Origin: Nemertoderma westbladi
Taxonomy: Eukaryota; Animalia; Xenacoelomorpha
DNA: 64,000 nt
Direction: 5' to 3'
Assembly: GCA_032718475.1 (NCBI GenBank)
Contig: JAUCBJ010006717.1
Location: forward strand, 1 to 64,000
Numbering within the stretch: position 1 is the first letter of the stretch; every line of letters begins with the position of its first letter. The notes below the pieces were generated by a model. The model searched no databases, had not been told where the DNA came from, and saw nothing but the letters and a program-made list of their open reading frames with translations. This document shows positions 1-8,738 of this stretch, piece by piece. The translations under genes and the position numbers were made by a program.

Positions 1-3000
1 TGGGGTTGATGTTAATATGTTGGGGCCCATGCACCTATCCGCAATAATTCCCCCCTCCCCTGGGTATATGTTATGTCCCTGCATGCTGTAGTCATACTGC
101 TGTGCTGGTACCGGTATAGGCCTATCAGCTTCTGGCCTACTCGCCGGTATGTATTCCGCGACTTCCGGGTTTAATCCCGTTGTCCGCGCTATCCTATCGC
201 CTACATTGCCTCTCTCAGTATGGCCTACGGTATGTGCAGTAAGACCTACAGTATGCCCTACAGTCTGCATGTGTTGCTCGGGATCGAAGTTTATTCTTCT
301 CGAATAATCCTCCCCGCGGCTACCGTATTCTCGATCGGTAGGTATATTCCGTCGGAAAGTTTCTCTTCGACCCCCCTCTCCACTGTTTTCATCTTCGTAC
401 CGGTACATCGCGTACCCCTCTCTCGGCGTGTAATGCGTCTCATCGGATCGCATCCCTCCGGGGCGACGGCAATCTCCCGGAGTCCGACCCCACTGACTCT
501 CCGTTCTCATCTCGACTACCGACGGCTCGCTGTCCGTCCTCGCTCTTCTATCTTTTGCGGCGATACTTCTACTACTCTCTTCCTCTCTTCTCCTATCAGT
601 GGAATATTCCCGCTCACGAGATCTCTCGTCGACCTCCCGGTTAAACCCCACTGTTCTTCTTTCCTCCTCTGATCGGGCTCGACGCTCCGTCTGCCCTCCC
701 GCGACGTCAACCTGTCTTTCTCTGCTCGATCGCACGTCGCTGGGGATACTCGCAATCCCCCTATTACTTTCCGTCGCCGGTTGTTGCGGTTTACCTTGTT
801 CGGCCCTCGCATTGTCCGCTGACGGCTGTGGGACACTCTCTGCCCCCCCCCCTCTCGCCGCTAACTTTCTGTTGTGGGGTGCTCGTAGCCCCCCCCCCCC
901 ACTCGCTACATCTAACTTCGCTACCTCTCGCCCCGCTACTATATATCTCTCTAGTCGACACATCAACCCTACCACAGTCGGGTCTATTCACCCCCGCCTC
1001 TCCCTCTGCTATTGCGCGGCCTACTGGACCCTCTACTCCCTGCCTACCAACTACGTGGCCTACCAGGCCCTCTGCTCCCTGTCTACTAACTACGTGGCCT
1101 ACCAGGCCCTCTGCTGCCTGTCTACTAACTACGTGGCCTACCAGGCCCTCTGCTGCCTGTCTACTAACTACGTGGCCTACCAGGCCCTCTGCTCCCTGTC
1201 TACTAACTACGTGGCCTACCAGGCCCTCTGCTCCCTGGTTATGTAGGCCAGACGTATTTACATTAATAGCACCCATATTGGAAACGGAATTAATTTGCCC
1301 GTTTGAAACAAAATCATTTGTATTATTCTGCGCGACTACGTTATCTGAATTATTTTGTAAATTCGGGCTAAGATCATTATTTAAATTATTCGAATTATTT
1401 TGTGTAATTGCGTTATTTAAGTTATTTTGTAGGTCCGAATTCGGGTTATTATTTTGATTATTTGAATTATTTTGCGTAACTACATCAATATTAGGATTAT
1501 TTTCTACATTAATACTAGGGACGTTCTGATTTAAATTTAAGTTACTACCACTAGGTAAAGTATTCCCTGCAATAAAGGTTTGATTAGAGTTATCCCATAC
1601 GGTACTATTAATATCAACAACGTCTACTGTACCATCATTATTATTACCCCCCCCCCCGCCCGTACGGTCACACCAGTTTTGGGTCTGTCGTGCGGTCCCT
1701 GTCAGTGGGGTATTAATAAACGTGTCTACGGCCCCTGGCTCCTCAAAAATACTCGAGCCGGCCCCGCTTTCAGACGGCAACGCTCGGACCAGTTCCAGCT
1801 CGTGCGCCCGTCTAATCTTATTTTTCGCCGATTCACCTTGGCGTTTCTCTAAATCCCTTAGCTCTTGCTCAGCCTTTGCCCCTCTCTTCTCACTCTCCTG
1901 ACTGTCCCGTCTGGCCGACTCTACCACACTCCTAGCGATCTCCCTTCGCCTCGCCTCACGCTCCTTACGTTCCTTTTCCTTTCTCGCCTCATATTCCTTG
2001 CGTTCCGCCTCACGCTCTTTGCGTTCCTTTTCCTTTCTCGCCTCATATTCCTTGCGTTCCGCCTCACGCTCTTTGCGTTCCTTTTCCTCCCTAGCCTCAC
2101 GCTCTCTACACTCCTTTTCCTCTATTTCGTCACTCTCCCTAAGGCTCCTCAAAGCCCTTTCGAGCCTCTCTCCGTTCTCTTTAATCAATGCCGCTTCCCT
2201 CGCTAACCGCGCTCTCCCCTCCTCTAACCGTTCCTCCATTTCCTTCTGACCTTGCTCTGCCACGTCGAGACGGTATGCGGCACCTACCTCTCTCACCACT
2301 CTTTCTTTCGCGGAGGATGTAACAGACTTATCGGTTATGACGGACTTCCCCCGCCTTCCCGACCTACTAACTTTCTCCCCCTTCCCGGAGCTTTCTCCGA
2401 CCGACGAGGCCGAATCCTCGGGGTTAACCTCGGATTCGCCCCCTTCGAGTCCCCTCCAACCCACTGGTTTTACTCCCCGGGCATCGACCAAGTATGGCCC
2501 TATGTACACTGGCGCTACACTAGGTTCCATACTCCCACACTCCCATAGTTCAAACAGTTCGCCGGCTATCCTTTCTGCTCTCTCCCCGGCCAGTTCTCTC
2601 TGCCCAAAACGTATTAGGTAATTTAAGTGTTTATCCGACTCACCTAGTCGCTTTCTCAGTCTCACCTCGTCTACCTTCGCCCCTTCCTTCTTGGCGTCGT
2701 TTATCAGCTTCCGGGTCGCGTTGTAGGCCCGTCGAAGTCGCTCAGAAACCCCGACGTCCTCGTCGCCGACCTCTCCTCCGTCCCTCCGGGTCCGACGTCG
2801 TACCGGCGGCTCCACCGTCGCCGTTCCGGTGGGCCGTCCGTCGCCCTCGGCCTGTAGCTGGCCGGCGACATCGGTACCGATCTCTCCTCCGTCTCTTCGT
2901 GTCCGGCGTCGCACCGTCGGCCCCACCGTCGCCGTTTCGGTGGGCCGCCCGTCGCCCTCGGCCTGTAGCTGGCCGGCGACATCGGCGCGCCGTTCTCCCT

Positions 3001-3208
3001 CTCGTGTCGACTCATCTCCTTCTCCCTCCGTCTCGCTCTCTCTCTCTCTTGGCTCGACTTCGGGTTCCAGGCCCCCCTCGTCCTGTGCTTCCGGTTCGCC
3101 CGTTATCGATGGCTCCGGCGTCGTGGGCCTGTATCGTTTGGTCGCGGCCTCGCGGATCGTTAGGTCTTCGTCCGGGGTCCGCGGTGGCGTCTCGCCCGAC
3201 TCACTCAT
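1..3208 (-). CDS. Gag(-Pol) polyprotein N-terminal region, over 1060 aa, with one +1 frameshift in a homopolymer near 843-900; open at the window edge
   Basis: The track ORF 791..3208 (805 aa) overlaps a second minus-strand frame that I translated by hand as stop-free from 1008 to 1 (...AESVPQPSADNARAEQGKPQQ...TGLNPEVAEYIPASRPE...NILTSTP). Removing one base from the C10 run (843-852) or C12 run (889-900) joins the two. It contains an E/R/K coiled coil, an Asn-rich segment and several internal repeats. Confidence 0.75.
1030..1237. repeat. 39-bp in-frame tandem repeat inside gag (about 5 copies, GAEGLVGHVVSRQ)
   Basis: Unit CTACTAACTACGTGGCCTACCAGGCCCTCTGCT(C/G)CCTGT repeats directly. Confidence 0.95.
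1945..2105. repeat. 54-bp in-frame tandem repeat in the gag coiled coil (EARKEKERKEREAERKEY, about 3 copies)
   Basis: Direct repeats of CGCCTCACGCTC...CGTTCCTTTTCCT at 54-bp spacing. Confidence 0.9.
2765..2985. repeat. 111-bp in-frame duplication in the gag N-terminus (37 aa, DVAGQLQAEGDGRPT...RRRTRRDGGE)
   Basis: GGCCTGTAGCTGGCCGGCGACATCGG occurs at about 2849 and 2960. Confidence 0.92.
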
Positions 3209-3324
3209 CTCGTCTGGTGGCTGATGGTTCGGCTAGCTAGGGTGGAGTTCTTTGTGTTTAACTGGGGCGGCAGCTCGTCTTTAGTTACTGAGTTTAGCTG
3301 GGGAAGCAACACCGATTTAGTTAC

Positions 3325-3862
3325 TGTGACGGGATCCAGGAGGGATCCCGATTTATCCGGTGTGGTATTTAGTCCACGCGTCCCCGCCGTGTATAAGAGT
3401 GAAATAAAGATAACTGAGTTCTGAAGTTCGGTGTATAATAAGAGGTTATAAGATATAGATATATTGTGAATGTGTACAAGGCGGGATACGGTAACTAAAG
3501 TCCCGTGATCCCCTAACTAAACTAATTGGCTGTACCCTACGCTAGCACTGCTGCACTGAGATAACTGAATCACTGATTAATAGGTTATTGGTTATATTGC
3601 ACGGTGGCCTTACTGCTACTCAATCGATGCCATTCCCCCCTCTGATTGGTTAATACCCTTGTTGGCGCCCCGTGGAGTATTCCCGTTCACTCCACCTGTT
3701 CTCTCTGGGTTAGGGGTTTGGCCCCTGACCCTCTATTGTGTGCTTCCTTCCCACTCTTATTGGGATTGGCACGAGTTGGTTAATTGCCCAATCTCGTGGC
3801 TCCCAATATTGCTTATCGGCTAATAACTTTATGGGGTGTTGGCGGGATTGAATAAGCTAACA
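3325..3862 (-). repeat. Putative 5' LTR (TGTTAG...GTCACA on the minus strand); outer boundary uncertain, could extend to about 3910
   Basis: TG...CA termini, position directly upstream of gag, several minus-strand CCAAT boxes (about 3525, 3586, 3646) and an 8-bp-stem hairpin at 3330-3350. The partner LTR and TSD are not in the window, and I found no clear TATA box or AATAAA on the minus strand. Confidence 0.5.
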
Positions 3863-3916
3863 GGTAGGTCTCTGGTTCACCGGGATTAAGAAAAATAGGT
3901 CTCTGTTTCAAATCTA

Positions 3917-4630
3917 ATAGAGTCAATAGGAATTGAAATACAGGCAGTGTATGGTTGGAGTTATGTCTGTGTTGCTATAGCAATACTACTGGCTGCCTAG
4001 TGCCTATTACAGTACAATTCGCCTCTGGTAAAGCTACACCAACATTGTTGGTGTAGCTTTACCAGAAGCGAATTCCCAGCAGACAACTCCCAGCAGCTAG
4101 CAGCTGTACACCCCCGTAGAGACTATTGTTGACCAATAATGGGCAGGATTAAATTTATTAGTTTAGATCAATTAAAGACACAATTATTGATGTAAATCAC
4201 TTGAAATAAATAAAAACTATAATAGAATGGGGTATGTGGATTACATCTGTATAATTTTTAAGTATAATTATTTAAATCTTATACTGTAAAATAATTAATA
4301 TCCTTTAACAAGCAGGTTGAAAAAGCAGTTTTTACCGTAATCAACTTAATTAACTAATTAATTGCTATTATCTTAGCTTCTCGAAGGCCACACGGAAATT
4401 CAACTTGGAAAATTTCTAAACTTTTCCCAGACTACATGACGTGTACCAAGTTTGGTTAAATTTCATTAACATTTGGCTGAGTTATTAACGTTTAAAATTG
4501 GACACAACAGAACAACAGAACAACAGATCGACAGAACAACAGATCAACAGAACAACAGAGCAACAGAACACCGATTGAGTTAGTGGTACCTGTATGCTAA
4601 GCTCGCTTACTTTCGTCGCTCGCCCCACAT
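3917..4630 (+). mobile_element. Non-autonomous Helentron/HINE-like (DINE-1/pearl-type) unit 1
   Basis: Core GTGTACCAAGTTTGG...GAGTTAT, then an (ACAACAGA)n microsatellite at about 4503-4570 and a GCTCGC..GCTCGC end. Homologous to 4638-5245 at offset 721. Confidence 0.55.
4016..4074. repeat. Near-perfect palindrome, 29-bp arms, 1-nt loop
   Basis: AATTCGCCTCTGGTAAAGCTACACCAACA-T-TGTTGGTGTAGCTTTACCAGAAGCGAATT, with one mismatch. Confidence 0.95.
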
Positions 4631-4637
4631 TTATAGT

Positions 4638-5280
4638 ATAGAGTCAATAGGAATTGAAATACAGGCAGTGTATGGTGGGAGTTATGTCTGGGTTGCTATA
4701 GCAATACTACTGGCTGCCTATTACAGTACAATTCCCCTCTGGTAAGCCTACACCAACATCTCCCAGCCAGCTAACAGCTCTACACTACACCCCCGCAGAG
4801 ACTATGTTGACCAATAATGGGAAGGATTAAATTTGTACTCAATAATTGTGCCGCTTTAATTACGTTTAGATCAATTAAAGACACATTTATTAAAGCAAAT
4901 CACTTGAACTAATTATAAACTATAATACTGTAGAATGGGGTATGTGGATTACATCTGTATAATTTTTAAGTATAATTATTTAAATCTTATACTGTAAAAT
5001 AATTAATTTCCTTTAACAGGCGGGTTGAAAATGCAGTTTTTACCGTAATCAATTTAATTAACTAATTAATTGCTATTATCTTAGCTTCTCGAAGGCCATA
5101 CGGAAATTCAACTTGGAAAATTTCTAAACTTTTGCCAGACTACATGTGTACCAAGTTTGGTTAAATTTCATTAACATTTGGCTAAGTTATTAACGTTTAA
5201 AATTGGACACAACAGATCGACAGAACGACAGAACAACAGAACACGTTCGTGGGGCCTTCGCGCAGCACGAGGCCCAATTA
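4638..5280 (+). mobile_element. Non-autonomous Helentron/HINE-like unit 2 (diverged tandem paralog of unit 1)
   Basis: Same body as unit 1 with substitutions and small indels, a shorter ACAACAGA tract (about 5206-5244) and a terminal GC hairpin GGGCCTTCGCGC-A-GCACGAGGCCC (5252-5275) followed by AATTA. Confidence 0.6.
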
Positions 5281-5550
5281 TGAGATAGAAATTAAAATCG
5301 AGCGACTGTATCACAAAATCAGTATTTAACTTTATAAATTAGTAAAATTTAGAAATTTAACCACACCGCCAATCAATCAAAGAAATTACACAGAAATCCC
5401 ATCAAAAAATAATAAGCCTAATATTTTGAGAAATAAACAATTTTGGATATAAGCCTTCTGCAGTGGTAATGTTATTGACTGACAATCATTAAATGAGATC
5501 TGTCTATTACCTGAGACTAAAGAACACAGACTCTATAGTGTAATAGGCCT

Positions 5551-5829
5551 AATCGCCTCCGCTTTGCAGGACATTGCTTTCGCCGTGAGGACCAGCCAGT
5601 GCATAATCTTGTACTTTGGCAGCCTCATGGAGTGAATAAGCATGGTGGACAGCCCATGACTTTCTTGAGACGCATCTTAAAGGACACTGGTCTTGAAGAT
5701 GCGGATTATCTAGCAAATGTCATGGGTGATAGGGAGTTGTGACGGCGCAATTTTTTCGACAAGCCGGCACAGCATTCTTAAAAATGCAGCTGCAATGCAG
5801 CGTGCCGATCCTACAGTAGTAGTAGTAGT
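5551..5829 (+). mobile_element. 5'-truncated, decayed RTE-clade LINE 3' end
   Basis: Frame from 5551 reads NRLRFAGHCFRREDQPVHNLVLWQPHGVNKHGGQPMTFLRRILKDTGLEDADYLANVMGDREL*RR. This matches the RLRFAGH...LW.P.G...DR..W C-terminal signature of RTE ORFs, with the final W mutated to TGA at 5740. It ends in an (AGT)n tail. Confidence 0.85.
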
Positions 5830-5840
5830 GTGTAACTGGA

Positions 5841-5868
5841 CCCCCCCCCCCCCCCCCCCCCCCCCCCC
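5841..5868. repeat. poly-C tract (C28)
   Basis: Seen directly; C30 in the duplicate copy at 17636-17665. Confidence 0.95.
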
Positions 5869-6607
5869 AGATTTTCGTCAAAGGTTAAAATAAGCTTTAC
5901 AAATTTCCAGCTATTTAAATCAGATAGTGTCGTAGGCCTACTTTGACCGCATGCGAAAATCGTGATCTTCAGCGCAAATTGACCGCAAGTGAAATAATGT
6001 ATAGTTTATTATTGGTTAGCAAATACCGCCAATGTAACCTGCTCCTTTCCCTTAATGTTTTTATTTAAATTAAATTAATTTTTCAAACCCACGAAAATTT
6101 ATTTTGTGTTTGCGGTCAATCCGCGCCATTGACTCATTTAAATATACTGTTAGGTGTTGAGTAGGCATAGGCAACCTATTCATTCTAATACTACTGTAAT
6201 ACAGTAGACCTACTTCAAAAATCACTCCATTAATTATTTCAAGGCCAATTATCCTATCATATTGTGGCAAACGGGCATTTTCGGGGTTTTCTCAGAACGA
6301 ATCATTTAATACGTACATGTCCCGTTTTCTCGTGTTGGAAAGCCAAATCTGTCGCTCCCAATCGCTGATTCATTAAGTCTGCATGGTGTTTACGGATGCG
6401 GACATCTATCGAGTATTGAGTCTCACCCATAAACGTTTCCACATGTACACGGTATTTTGTAAACCACCCCTCTTGGCTGGGTTTTGGGTTTGTGTCCCCT
6501 TAGTAAATTCGAGCTTTCTAAGATATATAAGAGTTTTCTCCTGCATCTTTCGGTACGTTTCAAAACATATTGATAACGTCGAAACTGACCTGTATATCAT
6601 TGTTGTC

Positions 6608-6631
6608 GGGGGGGGGGGGGGGGGGGGGGGG
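6608..6631. repeat. poly-G tract (G24)
   Basis: Seen directly; also G24 at 18405-18428. Confidence 0.95.
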
Positions 6632-7116
6632 TAATACTATTTAACCCATCTATGAACGCGGTTGAGTTCTTTATGTATGATTCACCTTGATCCAAATACA
6701 CCGATATAGACATAAGTAAAGCTAGATAAGTAGCTACTTTACCACATGGGGCGTTGGTGAAAGCCACTATATTACGAAGTGAAACACCATCCTTGTTGAC
6801 TTTTTGGTTACCGTAGGGTAGGTATAAGGTAGTTCTGAATGGTGGCGGTGGGACCCTAACTTGGTGCGCAGTGAGTTCATATTTTCTCCTGAGTCTGTAA
6901 GAGTTTTTAGAGTGGAATTTACAGCCCTTTCATACCGACCAGCCGGATTAGACTGCAGTTTAGTAAAATGGTTCCATCCATAGTAATTGCTTTCATTTTT
7001 TCGGTTTCGGCATTCCTACCTTTCTAAAACAACAGTTTTGTTCCCCTTGTCTGCAGGGTTGTTTAATAATGGACCCATCTTCCCCCAATTGTTCAATGGC
7101 ATCGCTACCCGAAGGT

Positions 7117-7643
7117 AGGCACTGCTACAGTATGTGTACCCATAACCGGAATTTTTTTGTAGTAGCTAGTTTTGACACTACTACAGTATGTCTACCCATA
7201 ACCGGGATTTTTTTTGTAGTAGCTAGTTTTGGCATTACTACAGTATGTGTAGGCCTACCCATAACCGGGATTTTATTTGTAGTAGCTAGTTTTGGCACTA
7301 ATACAGTATGTGTACCCATAACCGGGATTTTATTGGTAGTAGCTAGTTTTGGCACTACTACAGTATGTGTACCCATAACCGGAATTTTTTTGTAGTAGCT
7401 AGTTTTGACACTACTACAGTATGTGTACCCATAACCGGGATTTTTTTTGTAGTACCTTAAGTTTTGGCACTACTATAGTATGTGTACCCATAACCGGGAT
7501 TTTATTTGTAGTAGCTAGTTTTGGCACTAATACAGTATGTGTACCCATAACCGGGATTTTATTGGTAGTAGCTAGTTTTGGCACTACTACAGTATGTGTA
7601 CCCATAACCGGGACTTTATTTTTGTAGTGGCTAGTTTTGGCAG
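7117..7643. repeat. 57-bp minisatellite, about 9 copies
   Basis: Unit GGCACTACTACAGTATGTGTACCCATAACCGGGATTTTATTTGTAGTAGCTAGTTTT; variant pattern recurs every 4 units. Confidence 0.95.
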
Positions 7644-7645
7644 TT

Positions 7646-8055
7646 TAGGGGTGGGCGCTACTCCTAACTGCTACCCGAAGGTGGTGGGTGCTACTCATAT
7701 CTAATACCCGAAGGTAGGGGTGGGCGCTACTCCTATCTGCTACCCGAAGGTAGGGGTGGGCGCTACTCCTATCTGCTACCCAAAGGTAGGGGTGGGCGCT
7801 ACTCCTATCTGCTACCCGAAGGTAAGGGTGGGCGCTACTCCTATCTGCTACCCGAAAGTAGGGGTAGACGCTACTCCTATCTGCTACCCGAAGGTAGGGG
7901 TGGGCGCTACTCCTATTTGCTACCCGAAGGCATGGGTGGGCGCTATTAGTATCTGCTACCCGAAGGTAGGGGTGGGCGATACTCCTATCTGCTACCCGAA
8001 GTTAGGAATGGGCGCTACACATATCAGCTACCAGAAGGTAGGGGTGGGCGCTACA
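7646..8055. repeat. 36-bp minisatellite, about 11 copies
   Basis: Unit GGGCGCTACTCCTATCTGCTACCCGAAGGTAGGGGT. Confidence 0.95.
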
Positions 8056-8059
8056 GTAC

Positions 8060-8198
8060 TCCCCTTGTTTTACTCCCAGGACTTTAACTGGTACTCATCG
8101 ACCCCAGTGATTGAAAGGCTGAGTGGACCCTTGCTGGGTTCGAACCTACAACCAATAGATTGCAGGCCCGGTGCTCAAACAACTGAGCTACCCCACCC
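8060..8198 (-). mobile_element. tRNA-derived SINE (head plus Meta-domain-like core)
   Basis: Minus strand reads GGGTGGGGTAGCTCAGTTG (A box) ... GGTTCGAACCC (B box), then GGTCCACTCAGCCTTTCAATCACTGGGGTCGATGAGTACCAG, which resembles the MetaSINE core as I recall it. Confidence 0.8.
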
Positions 8199-8350
8199 AT
8201 AAAACAAAAAAAATACAATATTGAGTGATTTAATGATTTAGACATTCAGTATTCTCTAAATTAATTCACATGCAGCTTCAATTTTAAAAAAGTTGAAGTT
8301 AAGTTTGTTTTGATTTTCTGACAGATTAAACCTCATTTAACATGACAAGT

Positions 8351-8477
8351 TATTAACGCGGGGTAGCTCAGATGGTTGCGCTCCGGTCCTGTAATCTGGT
8401 TGTAGGTTCAGCCCCGCCATGGTCCACTCACCTTTCAACCACTGGGGTCCGGCTTCGGCCGACTGTTTACTTGCTTA
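8351..8477 (+). mobile_element. Short tRNA-derived SINE related to the previous one, with 12-bp target-site duplication
   Basis: GGGGTAGCTCAGATGG (A box), degenerate B box GGTTCAGCCCC, core GGTCCACTCACCTTTCAACCACTGGGGTC. Flanked by AACATGACAAGT at 8339-8350 and 8478-8489. Confidence 0.8.
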
Positions 8478-8698
8478 AACATGACAAGTCGAATCATGAG
8501 GGATTGCATATTCGCGTTTCCTCATTGATTCACTAATGTATAAACACATAAATCATCGGTTTACGATGTGTGAAATAGTTTGAGATTCTTTAATCTTTTA
8601 CAGTTTTTTTTCCTGGTCATACTGGTTGCACAGTTAAATATCGTGGTAACCAACCATATTGTTACAAGTTTATTCCAACCGTGGACACACAGGCCTTT

Positions 8699-8738
8699 CC
8701 GCACTACTGCCTAACTATCCGCACTACTGCCTAACTAA
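8699..8738. repeat. 20-bp tandem duplication
   Basis: CCGCACTACTGCCTAACTA occurs twice head to tail. Confidence 0.9.

Larger units (their letters stand above)
1..3862 (-). mobile_element. LTR retrotransposon, probably BEL/Pao superfamily; only the 5' LTR and the gag-like N-terminal region lie in the window, and the element continues past position 1
   Basis: Long minus-strand gag-like reading frame starting about 115 bp downstream of a ...GTCACA terminus at 3325. The protein has the V-x-P-x-D-S-x-S / Ser-rich / SSA / coiled-coil layout I recognise from BEL/Pao Gag N-termini, plus an LNPxxxEYxP motif. No protease, RT or integrase is in the window, so the superfamily is inferred. Confidence 0.65.

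Noticed and set aside
220-3424. Plus-strand and alternate-frame ORFs overlapping gag (220..672, 516..836, 599..1246, 828..1457, 1865..2206 and others)
   Set aside because: These are shadow frames of a GC-rich, repetitive coding strand and show no recognisable domains.
6070-6634. Short ORFs 6070..6270, 6383..6634, 6406..6600 (and duplicates)
   Set aside because: Short, overlapping on opposite strands, no recognisable motifs; their identical second copies reflect the segmental duplication, not conservation.
7069-8202. ORFs VVASFGTTTVCVPITG and GATPICYPKVGV (and duplicates at 18866-19999)
   Set aside because: They are translations of 57-bp and 36-bp minisatellites whose units are multiples of three.
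8120-8430. Functional tRNA genes
   Set aside because: A and B boxes are present, but the cloverleaf is degenerate and both continue into a shared SINE core; one has a TSD.
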